Source: Thermoanaerobaculia bacterium
GTDB lineage: Bacteria; Acidobacteriota; Thermoanaerobaculia; UBA5066
Direction of reading: 5' to 3'
Assembly (NCBI GenBank): GCA_963719225.1
Contig: CAVRAY010000001.1
Location: forward strand, 96,001 to 160,000
Length of the DNA: 64,000 bases
Of the stretch, positions 41,852-52,116 are shown piece by piece (positions within the stretch are counted from its first letter, which is position 1; every line of letters starts with the position of its first letter). A program made the position numbers and the translations under genes. The notes beneath the pieces are model-generated. The model did no database searches. It was not told the origin of the DNA and was given only the letters and a program-made list of their open reading frames with translations.

Positions 41852-43018
41852 TTGTCGTTGAAGCTTCCCGTGTACCTGGATTATCACGCGACGACGCCGG
41901 TCGATCCGCGCGTCTTCGAGGCGATGCGCCCGTACTTCTCGGAGCACTTCGGAAACGCCGCGTCCCAGAGCCACGTCTTCGGCTGGCGCGCCGACGCGGC
42001 CGTGACGAAAGCGCGCGAAGAGCTCGCGGCGCTCGTCGGCGCGAACCCCCGCGAGATCGTTTTCACGTCGGGAGCCACCGAGTCGAACAACCTCGCGATT
42101 CTCGGCGCGGCCCGGATGCGCCGTGCGCCGAACGCCCACGTGGTCACGTCCGCGATCGAGCACCGCGCCGTTCTCGACCCCTGCCGCCGCCTCGAGTCCG
42201 AGGGGTTCGCGGTGACGTATCTCGCGCCGGACGCGCACGGCACGACGAGCGCCCCGGCCGTGGCCGAGGCCCTCACGGAGCGCACGGTCCTCGTGTCGAT
42301 CATGGCGGCGAACAACGAGATCGGCACTCTCAATCCCGTGGGGGAGATCGCGCGCGTCTGCAAAGAGCGGGGAATCCTCTTTCACGCGGACGCGGCCCAG
42401 GCTCTCGGCAAGATCCCGCTCGACGTCCACGCGCTCGGCCTCGATCTCGTCTCTTTCTCGGCGCACAAGGTCTGCGGACCGAAAGGGGTGGGCGCGCTCT
42501 TCGTCCGGGCGGTGAACCCGCGCGTGCGGCTGGACCCGATCGTCTTCGGCGGCGGGCACGAGCGCGGCCTCAGGTCCGGGACGCTCGACGTGCCGGGCAT
42601 CGTGGGCTTCGGCGCCGCGGCCGGGATCGTGAGGCAGGAAGGGGAGGGCGAGTCGCGCCGCGTGGCGGCGCTCAGGGATCGTCTCCTGGAGCGGCTTTCC
42701 GCGCGCGTCGCGGGTCTCTCCCGGAACGGCAACCCGTCCGCCTGCCACCCCGGGAATCTGAACGTGACGATCCCGGATGCGCCCGCGGACGCCGTCATGG
42801 CCGAGGCCCGCGACCTCGCGGTCTCGTCGGGCTCGGCGTGCACTTCGGCGGAAGCCGCACCGAGCCACGTCCTCCTCGCGCTCGGCCGGACACGCGCCGA
42901 AGCGGAGGCGTCGATTCGCTTCGGCCTCGGCCGTTTCACGACCGAGGAAGAAATCGACTGGGCGGCGGACGAGCTCACGCGTGCGGTCGCGAAGGTGCGG
43001 ACGAGACAGCCCCGGTGA
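41852..43018 (+). CDS. iscS: Cysteine desulfurase IscS/NifS
   Basis: YLDYHATTP, SGATE, SAHKVCGPKG, SSGSACTS. Confidence 0.93.
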   Translation: MSLKLPVYLDYHATTPVDPRVFEAMRPYFSEHFGNAASQSHVFGWRADAAVTKAREELAALVGANPREIVFTSGATESNNLAILGAARMRRAPNAHVVTSAIEHRAVLDPCRRLESEGFAVTYLAPDAHGTTSAPAVAEALTERTVLVSIMAANNEIGTLNPVGEIARVCKERGILFHADAAQALGKIPLDVHALGLDLVSFSAHKVCGPKGVGALFVRAVNPRVRLDPIVFGGGHERGLRSGTLDVPGIVGFGAAAGIVRQEGEGESRRVAALRDRLLERLSARVAGLSRNGNPSACHPGNLNVTIPDAPADAVMAEARDLAVSSGSACTSAEAAPSHVLLALGRTRAEAEASIRFGLGRFTTEEEIDWAADELTRAVAKVRTRQPR

Positions 43019-44250
43019 GACGCTTCTGTCTTCTCGTCGCTCTTCTTTCCGGAGGCGCGGTCCTCGCGCAGCCGGTGGCCCCGGCCGCTTCCCCGGCGCC
43101 CTCCCCGGCCTTCGCCGTCCTGCCGCCCGCGCCGGCGGCTTTCGTCACGGACGAAGCGGAGCTCTTCACGCCCGAGTCGCGCGATCGCATCGCGGCGCGG
43201 CTCGCGAAGGTCAAGGACTTCGCGTCGTTCGTGAAGATCTACGTGTACACGCTTCGGAGCGCGAATGGCATGCCCGTGACGGACGCGATGCAGGAGCTGT
43301 ATCGCCGCTGGAAGATGCGGGATCGCGAGATGTACGACGGCCTCGCGACGATCTTCCTCCTCGGCGAGGAGCGGCAGGCGCGCGTGATGCTGGGTCAGGG
43401 TGCGCCTCCCGGCCTCGAAGGGGCGATGCCGGGCATCGGCGGCGACCTTTCGGCAGTCCTCGCGCCAGGCGCTGCGCCGCCGGACGAAGCCGCGCTCCTC
43501 CGCGTCATCGGCCGGATCCAGGAGAGCCTCCGCGGCCCGACGACGTGGCTCGACTCGCCGCCGGTTCCGGAAGATCCAGGCGGGAGCGTCTACGGCAACC
43601 CGACGTTCGAGGAGGCGCAGCTGCGCGCGCTCGTCGAGGCCGTGGAGCGCGCGTCGAGGATCTCCCCGCATCCTGTCGTCCTCGTCTTCAACCCGGCTAA
43701 GGGCATGGACACTCCTCTCGAGCGCGCGAACAAGCTCGAGAAGGCGTGGCCGGGCCGGATCCTGCTGGCCGTCTTCACGCAGGAGGCGTCCGTCATCGTC
43801 GCGATCCCCGACGATGTGAAGGACAGGTTCACCGACGAGCAGAAGCGCCGCATCGGGTACGAGGTCGATCGCGCGATGACGCGCGGGACGCTCGTCCGCA
43901 CGCTCGCGCGCGTCACGGGCGAGATGGGCGCCATCGCCGCGGGACACGCGCCGACGCGCTGGGTCGAATGGAAGCATCCGTTCCAGGCGCTCGCGGGAGG
44001 GCAGGACGAAGCCCCTCTGCCACCTCCTCTCGCGCTCGGCATTGGAATCGCGGCTCTCTCCCTCGCGCTCTGGGTTTTCTATTCGCTCGTCACGAACCCG
44101 AAGATCGTCCTCACGGTCATCGCGATCGATCTCGTCGACGGGTTGATCGGAGGCGCCCTCGACGGCGTCGGCGCAGGAGGGGGCGGCGGGAGCGGGTTCT
44201 CGGGAGGCGGCGGGAGCTCCGGTGGCGGCGGCGCCACCGGAAGTTGGTAG
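43015..44250 (+). CDS. TPM-domain membrane protein (two TPM-like domains)
   Basis: FVTDEAELF; Gly-rich GGGSSGGGGATGSW tail. Confidence 0.8.
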   Translation: MRRFCLLVALLSGGAVLAQPVAPAASPAPSPAFAVLPPAPAAFVTDEAELFTPESRDRIAARLAKVKDFASFVKIYVYTLRSANGMPVTDAMQELYRRWKMRDREMYDGLATIFLLGEERQARVMLGQGAPPGLEGAMPGIGGDLSAVLAPGAAPPDEAALLRVIGRIQESLRGPTTWLDSPPVPEDPGGSVYGNPTFEEAQLRALVEAVERASRISPHPVVLVFNPAKGMDTPLERANKLEKAWPGRILLAVFTQEASVIVAIPDDVKDRFTDEQKRRIGYEVDRAMTRGTLVRTLARVTGEMGAIAAGHAPTRWVEWKHPFQALAGGQDEAPLPPPLALGIGIAALSLALWVFYSLVTNPKIVLTVIAIDLVDGLIGGALDGVGAGGGGGSGFSGGGGSSGGGGATGSW

Positions 44251-44259
44251 GAGGCGCGG

Positions 44260-44673
44260 GTGTTGCCGTTCAGCGCGCATCGAAGATTCCTGAAGCGGGT
44301 CGACGACGCGTCTCTCGAAGGGGCGATCCGCGAGGCCACCCGCGGCACCACGGGCACGATCCGCGTGGCGGTGCTGCCGCGGTTCCGGGGCTCGATCTTC
44401 AAAGTGGGCGCGCTCCTCGCAGAGCGCCTGAAGATGACCGCCCGCCCGGAGCGCAACGGCATCCTGATCGTCGTCGACCCCGCGCACCGGAGGTTCCTCG
44501 TCTGGGGCGACACGGCGGTCCACGAGCGGCTCGGGGCGGGCTTCTTCAAGCAGGCGGCGGACTCCATCTCCGAGCTCTTCCGGAAGGGCGACTTCACGGG
44601 CGGCCTCAGACACGGGATCGAGACGGTGGGCCGGGCGCTCGCCGAGAGCTTTCCCCGAAGGCCGGACGTCTAG
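44260..44673 (+). CDS. TPM-domain protein
   Basis: TTGTIRV, RNGILI, WGDTAVH. Confidence 0.85.
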   Translation: MLPFSAHRRFLKRVDDASLEGAIREATRGTTGTIRVAVLPRFRGSIFKVGALLAERLKMTARPERNGILIVVDPAHRRFLVWGDTAVHERLGAGFFKQAADSISELFRKGDFTGGLRHGIETVGRALAESFPRRPDV

Positions 44674-44688
44674 AATATCGCGGAGTCC

Positions 44689-45411
44689 GTGTCGAAACGC
44701 ACCGTCACCCTCGCGGCGGGAGTCGCGGCGCTCCTCGCACTTCTGGCCGCGAACACCGGGGGCCGGGCGCAGGCGCCGGCGGGGCGCGCCACCGGCGACG
44801 TGCGCGTGACGGTGATGGTTCTCGGGCCCGACCGCCGGCCGTCCCCCGCGCCGCAGGCGATCGTCTGGATCTCCGAGGGATTGAAGGCGAGCTCCGCGCC
44901 GTCGCCGCCCGTCCACCCGCGGATCGCATCCAAGAGCAAACGCTTCGAGCCGCGGATCACGGCGGTGCCCGCCGGCACGACGGTCGACTTCCCGAACCTG
45001 GACGGCATCTTCCACAACGTCTTCAGTCTTTCGCCGGCCGCGAAGTTCGATCTCGGCCTCTACCGCAACGGCGCGTCGCGCGCGATGACGTTCGACAATC
45101 CCGGGCTCGTCCGCGTCTATTGCAACATCCACCCGCAGATGGCCGCGTATCTCATGGTGATCGACGGAACGATCTGGGCGCAGACCGGCTCGGACGGAGT
45201 CGCCCTGCTCTCGAAAGTTCCGGCGGGGCGCGCCGCCGTCCGCGCGTGGGACGAGAGGGGGGGCGATTACCAGGGGAACGTCGACGTGACGCCGGGGAAG
45301 ACGGCTCCTCTCGCGATCGCGCTCGACGGATCGGGCTGGCGGGAGACGCCGCACACGAACAAGTACGGAAAGAAATATCCTCCCCCGGACGACGATGCGA
45401 ACCGGTACTGA
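44689..45411 (+). CDS. Exported cupredoxin-like protein
   Basis: HNVFS and YCNIHPQM copper ligands. Confidence 0.8.
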   Translation: MSKRTVTLAAGVAALLALLAANTGGRAQAPAGRATGDVRVTVMVLGPDRRPSPAPQAIVWISEGLKASSAPSPPVHPRIASKSKRFEPRITAVPAGTTVDFPNLDGIFHNVFSLSPAAKFDLGLYRNGASRAMTFDNPGLVRVYCNIHPQMAAYLMVIDGTIWAQTGSDGVALLSKVPAGRAAVRAWDERGGDYQGNVDVTPGKTAPLAIALDGSGWRETPHTNKYGKKYPPPDDDANRY

Positions 45412-47560
45412 CCATTCGATCTCGGGAGAGGCGACGCGCGTCACGAGGACCGACGAGCTGAAGCCGCCTCCGTCCCCGACTCCCGTCGCGTCGCATCGCG
45501 CGCGGCGGGGACCGGGTCTCGCGACGAAATTCTCCGTTGCGGCCGCCCTCCTCGTCCTCCTCACACTCGGGGGAGCCGTCGCGGTGGGGACGTGGCGCGC
45601 GAACGAAGTCGCCGAGAAGAGCATCCGGGAAAGCCTGGCCGCGGTGCCGGGGATCTTCGGTGCCTACCAGGGGAGCAACGAAGACGCGCTGCGCCGGCAG
45701 GCGTCGAGCGTGGCGGAAGAATCTGGCACGAAGGGCCTCTTCGACGAGAAGGACGCGAAGACTCTCCATGTCTGGACTCACGACAAGGCCGAGATCCTCA
45801 GTGCGCGGACGGTTTTCCTCTTCGACGCGAATGGTGTCCTCCTCGACCGCAACGACCAGGCGATCACCGACGAGAACCGGCCGTCCTTCGCGAAGGTGAA
45901 GTGGGTGGCGGATGCGCTCCTCGGCGTCCCGGCGACGGCCGTCATCCGCGAAGGCAAGGTCCTGGCCGTCGTGGCGGCCGTCCCCGTCCTCGCCGGCGAC
46001 ATGTCGGTGGGCGAGGGGCGCCTCCGCGGCGTCCTCGCGGTCGCGGCGCCGCTCGACGAGAAACGCGCGAAGACGTTGCGTGGAATCACGAACGGCCAGA
46101 CCGGCTTCCTCGCGAACACGGCGAAACGAGGCGAGCCTCCGCATGTCGAGCTCTCATCCGCCACGGAGGGATTCCGCGGAGATCTCCTCGTCCCGGCGCT
46201 TGCCGCTGACAGCGCCGCCGTGGATTTGCTCTTTCGGCAGGGACAGGCGGTCGGTCCGCTCGAAGTCAAGGTGGCGGGAGACCGCCGCATCCTCGCGGCC
46301 GTGCCGCTCAAGAGCGCCACGGACGAAACGCTCGGAGCCTTCGTCGTCTCGCGCTCGCGCGACGAGGAGACGGCCGCGTTCCGTCGGATCCGCGACACGC
46401 TCCTCCTCGTGGGAGGACTGGCCCTCCTGCTCGCCCTCCCGATCTCCTTCGCCATGGGCCGGCGCATCGCGGGTCCCCTTACGCTGCTTGCGAAGGGCGC
46501 GGCCGAGATCCGCGAAGGGAATCTCGAAGTGAAGCTGCCGGAGGCGGGCGGCGACGAGGTCGGCGCGCTCGCCCGCGCGTTCCACGCCCTCGTCGGCGAG
46601 CTGAAGGAGAAGGCGGCGCTCGAGCAGATGCTGGCCGAAATGCGGCGGCCCGACACGAACGTGACGCGGGCGTCGACGCTCACGACGCAGGCGACGCCCG
46701 CCGCGCCCGACGCGGCCGCGCGCGCGTTCGCCGGGCCGCGCACGGGGACGGTCTTCGCGGGGCGCTACCAGATCCTCGGGACGCTCGGAAAAGGGGGCAT
46801 GGGGACGGTCTACCGCGCCCTCGATCGCGAGCTCGACGACGAGGTCGCCGTCAAGGTCCTTCTGCCCGAGGCCTTCGACGAGGGCAACACGATCGGCGTG
46901 ACGCTCAAGCAGGAGATCCGGCTCGCGCGCAAGATCACGCACCGCAACGTCGTGCGCACGCACGACCTCGGCGAGGCAGACGGCTTGAGATTCCTCACGA
47001 TGGAATACGTGCCGGGCACGACGCTACGCGACATCCTCGACCGGAAGGGCGCGATCGCTCTTTCGCCCGGCCTTCAGATCGCGAAGCAGCTCTGTCGAGG
47101 GCTTTCGGCGGTTCACGAGGCGGGCATCATCCACCGCGACATCAAGCCTCCGAACATCATGGTTCTTCCGAACGGCCTCGTGAAGCTCATGGACTTCGGC
47201 ATCGCGCGCACGGCCGAGGGGACCGATCCCGACGCGCAAGGCGACCGGACCGTCGGCACGCCGTACTACATGAGTCCCGAGCAGGCGGTCGGCCGCGGGC
47301 TCGACGTCAGGAGCGACATCTACTCGGTCGGCGTCGTCCTGTACGAGCTGTTCTCGGGGACGCGGCCCATCGAAGGCGCCAATCCGGGCGAGGTCATGCG
47401 CCGGCACGTGTCCTTCGAGCCGAAACCCGTGACGATGCTCCGGCCGGACCTGCCCGATCTGCTCGCGCGCGTCCTCATGGCATGCCTCGCGAAGAATCCG
47501 GCACAGCGCCCGCCCACGGCGAACGACCTCTACGGCGCGCTCCAGCGCGTCGCGGCCTGA
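45395..47560 (+). CDS. Membrane Ser/Thr kinase with periplasmic Cache-like and HAMP domains
   Basis: Two TMs, DEVGALARAF HAMP, GKGGMG, HRDIKP, DFG, GTPYYMSPE. Confidence 0.92.
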   Translation: MRTGTDHSISGEATRVTRTDELKPPPSPTPVASHRARRGPGLATKFSVAAALLVLLTLGGAVAVGTWRANEVAEKSIRESLAAVPGIFGAYQGSNEDALRRQASSVAEESGTKGLFDEKDAKTLHVWTHDKAEILSARTVFLFDANGVLLDRNDQAITDENRPSFAKVKWVADALLGVPATAVIREGKVLAVVAAVPVLAGDMSVGEGRLRGVLAVAAPLDEKRAKTLRGITNGQTGFLANTAKRGEPPHVELSSATEGFRGDLLVPALAADSAAVDLLFRQGQAVGPLEVKVAGDRRILAAVPLKSATDETLGAFVVSRSRDEETAAFRRIRDTLLLVGGLALLLALPISFAMGRRIAGPLTLLAKGAAEIREGNLEVKLPEAGGDEVGALARAFHALVGELKEKAALEQMLAEMRRPDTNVTRASTLTTQATPAAPDAAARAFAGPRTGTVFAGRYQILGTLGKGGMGTVYRALDRELDDEVAVKVLLPEAFDEGNTIGVTLKQEIRLARKITHRNVVRTHDLGEADGLRFLTMEYVPGTTLRDILDRKGAIALSPGLQIAKQLCRGLSAVHEAGIIHRDIKPPNIMVLPNGLVKLMDFGIARTAEGTDPDAQGDRTVGTPYYMSPEQAVGRGLDVRSDIYSVGVVLYELFSGTRPIEGANPGEVMRRHVSFEPKPVTMLRPDLPDLLARVLMACLAKNPAQRPPTANDLYGALQRVAA

Positions 47561-47568
47561 GGGGAAGC

Positions 47569-48333
47569 GTGGCCAGGCGCGTTCTCAAGGACCGCCTCCT
47601 CTCGGGTGAGGTCGTGCATGGCCTCCTGTCCCCGAACGTCGAGCCGGATCTCGTCGAGACGGTCGGGCTCCTCGGCTTCGACCTCTACATCCTCGACACG
47701 GAGCACGGCACGGCGAGCCCTATCGAAGCCGCGGCGGTCGTGCGGGCGTGCGAAGGAGCTGGCCTCGCGCCTCTCGTGAGACCGCGCGGGCTCGACGCGA
47801 AGTTGATCCTGCAGTTCCTCGATGCGGGAATGACCGGGATCATGCTGCCGGGGGTCCGGGGCCCCGACGAGATCCTGCGGCTCGTGGAGGCGGCGAAATA
47901 CGCGCCGGACGGCCTTCGCGGGCTCGCGGCCATGCGCGCGAACGGGTTTCTGCTCGGCGCCGAGAGCCAGGAAGCCTGGGTGGCGCGCGCGAACCGCGAG
48001 ACGCTCGTGCTGCCCCAGATCGAAACGCGTGAGGCGCTGGAGCGAGTGGAGGACCTCGCGGCCGTGCCGGGCATCGACGGCTTCATCGTGGGCCCGCGCG
48101 ACCTGGCGCTCGCGCTCGGCTTCCGGGACGGGCCGTCTCATCCCGAGATCGAGGCCGCGATCGATCGCGTCGTGGCCGTCGCGAAAAAGCGCGGCCTCGT
48201 CGTCGGCACGGTCGCGCCGACGGGCGCGCGCGCGAAGGACCTCGCGGCGCGGGGCGTCTCGATCCTCCTCCACTCCGTGACCGCGCTCCTGAAATCCGGA
48301 GCCGAGGCCTATTTCCGCGCGGCGCGGGGCTGA
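47569..48333 (+). CDS. HpcH/HpaI aldolase family
   Basis: LDTEHG, PQIET, VGPRDL. Confidence 0.9.
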   Translation: MARRVLKDRLLSGEVVHGLLSPNVEPDLVETVGLLGFDLYILDTEHGTASPIEAAAVVRACEGAGLAPLVRPRGLDAKLILQFLDAGMTGIMLPGVRGPDEILRLVEAAKYAPDGLRGLAAMRANGFLLGAESQEAWVARANRETLVLPQIETREALERVEDLAAVPGIDGFIVGPRDLALALGFRDGPSHPEIEAAIDRVVAVAKKRGLVVGTVAPTGARAKDLAARGVSILLHSVTALLKSGAEAYFRAARG

Positions 48334-49953
48334 TCATCGGCCCTCTCCACTGGCGGAGGGACCGACAAAGTGTCGGCGGGCGCCCCCGAACCAGCGCACC
48401 AGGAGGAGCGCGGCGAAGAGAAGCATCGTCCAGAGGACGAGCTCGTTCGGCGGCAGGCTGAAGACGACGGCGATGACGGCGATCCAGGCGAGGGCCACGG
48501 CGTTCAGGAGAGGACCGAAGCGGCCGAGGCTCCACGGCGCGGTTTCCTTCGTCGTGAACTCCCCGCGGCGGCGGAGGCGGTTTCGGACGTTGAGGAAGAT
48601 CGGCAGACCGTACGCGAGATACAAGGCGATCGTGCTGATCGACGTCACGACCGAGAACGCCGCCGCGTAAAGACAGATCGCGACGGCCAGCGCGCTCGTG
48701 ACGAGGATCGCGGGGACGGGAGTCTTCAGGCGGTGGTGTACCCGCCGGAGGAGACCGGAGCCCGGCATGCCGCCGTCGCGCGCGAACGCGTACCACATGC
48801 GCGCCATCGACGTGATCGAGGAAAGGCCGCAGAGCCACATCGCGCCCCCGATGACGACGGCGACGAGATTCGCGAGCGGACGCGGCAGGTTGTGATCCAC
48901 GATGAAGAGGACGGGGGTGGGGTCGGCCGCCGTCGTCGCGACGTCGCCGCCCGGGATGCACCAGGTCAACGCGAGAAGCAGGACGTAGCCGACGACCGCC
49001 GACACCGCGACCGAGAGAAAGACGCCCCAGGCCGAGTTGAGCCGCGCGAGGACGGTTTCCTCGGCCACGTGAGCCGAGGCGTCGTAGCCGGTGTACGTCC
49101 ACTGCGCCTGGAGGAGGCCGAGGACGAACGCGAGGGCGAGCGGCGCCGCGGCGTAGAGATCCGCGAGAGAAGGGAAGAGCGCGAAAAGGGGAGACGGCAA
49201 AGCGTGGTCTCCGACGACGAGCGCGGGAGCGACGCGTCCCCCGCCGACGTCGGTGGACGACAGCGCGAGCGGAGACGACGCCGGCTTGAACTCGAAAAGG
49301 AAGGCCGCCGGGTTGTGCGTCCCGAGAAAAACCAGGAGGCCGACGATGACGGCTCCTCCCGCGATGTGCCACCACACGCTGAAATCGTTGAGGCGCGCGG
49401 TCAGCCTGATGCCGAAGACGTTGATCAGGACCTGCGGCACCATGATCAGGACCATCACGAAGATCTGGAAGCCCCAGCCGGTGATGGCTCCGAAGAAAGG
49501 CAACTTGGTATCGGCGGGGAGGCCGAGGAGACGCGCGGCCGTCCCGATGAGGTAGATCGCCGCCGCGATGTCGATGCCCGCCGTGATCGTGACCTGCCCG
49601 ACCATGTTCAGCCAAGCGGTGGTCCACGCCCAGCCGCGTCCGCCGAGGCGGAAAGCCCAGAAGTAGAGGCCGCCCGCGGTGGGATACGCCGAGGCGAGCT
49701 CGGCCATGCTCGCGGCCACGGCGAGGGTGAAGAGGCTGACGATGGGCCAGCCGACGGTGTTGATCACGGGACCCGCGAGCTTCAGGCCGTAACCGTAGAG
49801 GAGGACGGCCCCCGTCAAGACCGAGATGATCGAGAAGCTGATCGCGAAGTTCGAAAAGCCGCCCATCTCGCGGAGGAGCTGCTGCGTGTAGCCGAGCCGG
49901 CGCAGCTCCTCCTCGTCGCGCCGGATCTGCTCCTCGCGCGTCGCGGTCGCCAT
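48334..49953 (-). CDS. APC amino acid/amine permease
   Basis: SNFAISFSIIS, YPTAGGLY, GYDASAHVAEET. Confidence 0.92.
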   Translation of the reverse strand: MATATREEQIRRDEEELRRLGYTQQLLREMGGFSNFAISFSIISVLTGAVLLYGYGLKLAGPVINTVGWPIVSLFTLAVAASMAELASAYPTAGGLYFWAFRLGGRGWAWTTAWLNMVGQVTITAGIDIAAAIYLIGTAARLLGLPADTKLPFFGAITGWGFQIFVMVLIMVPQVLINVFGIRLTARLNDFSVWWHIAGGAVIVGLLVFLGTHNPAAFLFEFKPASSPLALSSTDVGGGRVAPALVVGDHALPSPLFALFPSLADLYAAAPLALAFVLGLLQAQWTYTGYDASAHVAEETVLARLNSAWGVFLSVAVSAVVGYVLLLALTWCIPGGDVATTAADPTPVLFIVDHNLPRPLANLVAVVIGGAMWLCGLSSITSMARMWYAFARDGGMPGSGLLRRVHHRLKTPVPAILVTSALAVAICLYAAAFSVVTSISTIALYLAYGLPIFLNVRNRLRRRGEFTTKETAPWSLGRFGPLLNAVALAWIAVIAVVFSLPPNELVLWTMLLFAALLLVRWFGGARRHFVGPSASGEGR

Positions 49954-49960
49954 AGCCCGG

Positions 49961-50740
49961 CTATTCGGGGGTCACGTACGCGGCCGTGATACCGCCGTCC
50001 ACGGTGAACGTCGCGCCGTTGACGTACGAGGACTCGTCCGAGGCGAGGAAGAGGGCGGCCTGAGCGATCTCCTTCGCCTGGGCGAGGCGGCCGGGCGGAA
50101 TGTGGACGAGCCGCCTTTGCCGCCTCACCGGGTCGGAGAGGAGCTCCTTCAGCAGCGGCGTGTCCACCGGCCCAGGACAAAGCGCGTTCGCGCGGATGTG
50201 CTTGCGCGCGAACTCCACGGCGATCTCGCGCGTCATGGAAAGCACCCCGCCCTTGCTCGCGGTGTAGGCGATCTGCGGGGTGGCCGCGCCCATCAACGCG
50301 ACGAACGACGCCGTGTTGATGATGCTGCCGCCGCCGGCGCGCAACATCGCGGGGATCGCGTACTTGCACCCGAGAAAAACGCCCTTGAGGTTCACGCGCA
50401 TGACGAGATCCCAGGTCTCCTCGTCCGTGTCCACGACCGAGTTGTCCTTCGCGGGAAAGATCCCCGCGTTGTTGAAGATGACGTCGAGCCGGCCGTACGT
50501 CTTCTCGGCGGCCGCCACCATCGCCTCCGCGTCGCCGGCGGCGGACACGTTCGCATGTACGAAGAGCGCCAGACCGCCCTCGGCGCGGATCTCCTCCACG
50601 GTCTTGCGCCCGGCGTCGTCGCTCACCTCCGCGACCACGACCTTCGCGCCTTCGCGCGCGAAGAGGAGCGCCGCCTCCTTCCCGATGCCGCTCCCGGCTC
50701 CCGTGATCAGCGTGACCTTCTCGTTCAGCCGGAGACTCAT
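49961..50740 (-). CDS. Short-chain dehydrogenase
   Basis: TGAGSGIG, NNAG, YTASK, CPGPV. Confidence 0.93.
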   Translation of the reverse strand: MSLRLNEKVTLITGAGSGIGKEAALLFAREGAKVVVAEVSDDAGRKTVEEIRAEGGLALFVHANVSAAGDAEAMVAAAEKTYGRLDVIFNNAGIFPAKDNSVVDTDEETWDLVMRVNLKGVFLGCKYAIPAMLRAGGGSIINTASFVALMGAATPQIAYTASKGGVLSMTREIAVEFARKHIRANALCPGPVDTPLLKELLSDPVRRQRRLVHIPPGRLAQAKEIAQAALFLASDESSYVNGATFTVDGGITAAYVTPE

Positions 50741-50741
50741 G

Positions 50742-52116
50742 TCACCCTCTTTCGAAAAAGCGCGCCCGCTCCCAGCTCGTCACGATCTCGTCGAACTTGC
50801 GCTGCTCGGTCTTCAGGAAATGGAGATAGTGCTGGACGACGTCCTCGCCGAATGCCTCCTTCGCCATCGTGCTCTTCTCGAGACGGGCGATGGCGTCGCG
50901 CAGGTTTCCGGGCACGCGGGGCAGGGCCTTCGCGGCATAGACGTCGCCCTCGAAGATGGGCGGCGGCTCGAGCTTCTTCTCGATGCCGTCGAGGCCGGCC
51001 GCGAGCGTTGCGGCCCAGGCGACGTACGGGTTCGCGTCGGCTCCGGGAATGCGGCACTCGATGCGAAGGGCATCATCCTGTCCGACGACGCGAAAGCCGG
51101 CCGTCCGGTTGTCGAAGCTCCAGGCGATCGCCGTCGGCGCGAAGGACGCGCTCTGGAATCGCTTGTAGGAGTTGACGGACGGCGCCCAGAACGCCGCGAG
51201 CTCGCCCGCCGACGCGAGGATTCCGCCGAGGAAGTGGCGGAACGTCTCGCTCGAGGAAATCGGTCCGAGCTTTTCGATCTCCGGCGAAGAGCGCTCTTCG
51301 CGCCGGCGTCCCAGAGCGAGATGTGCTGGTGAAGGCCGCTCCCCGCGAACCGCTCGTCCCATTTCGCCATGAACGTCACGGCGAGCCCCTGGGCGTGCGC
51401 GATCTCCTTCGCGGCGTGCTTGATCAGGACGTTGCGGTCGGCCTGCTCGAGGACCTCGCAGTACTCGACGTTGATCTCCTGCTGCCCCGGGCCCCACTCG
51501 CCCTTGCTTCCTTCCATGGGAATCCCGCTCTTCTCGAGCGCGCGCACGACCTCGCCGACGACGAGATCCTCCTTCGTGCCCTGGAGCACGTGGTAATCCT
51601 CGACATAGCTCGCCGAACGGGACGAGGCCGTGCCAGTTCTTCTCCCTTGCGGAGTCGTACGTCTCCCTGAAGAGATAGAGCTCGAGCTCCGCCCCGCCTT
51701 TCGCCACGAAGCCCATGCTGGCCGCTCGCTCGACCTGCCGGCGCAGGATCCGGCGCGGGGCGACCTCGATGGGCTCGCCGCCGGGCTCGGAGACGAGATC
51801 GCAGAGGACGAGCGCGGTCTTGTCGAGCCAGGCCGCGCGGCGAAGCGTCGACCAGTCCGGGACGCCGCGGATGTCGCCGTAGCCCGTCTCCCAGCTGGTG
51901 AACGCGTAACCCGGGACCGGGTCCATCTCCATGTCGCATCCGAGGAGGTAGTCGCAGGCGTGCCATCCGTGGGCGGCGACGCTCTTCTCGAAGAAGCGCG
52001 CGGTCAGCCGCTTCCCCATGAGACGGCCGTACCAGTCGGGAAAGACGGCGAGCACCGTCTCGATCTCTCCCTGGATCAACCAGGTGAATGAGCTCTTCGC
52101 GCGTCAGACGTCCCAT
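50742..52116 (-). CDS. Glutamine synthetase-like gamma-glutamyl-amine ligase (GlnA4-like), frameshifted
   Basis: GRLMGK, GYGD, ELE, GQQEIN, GSGLHQH, NSYKR, DNRT, RIECR across at least 3 frame changes. Confidence 0.85.
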
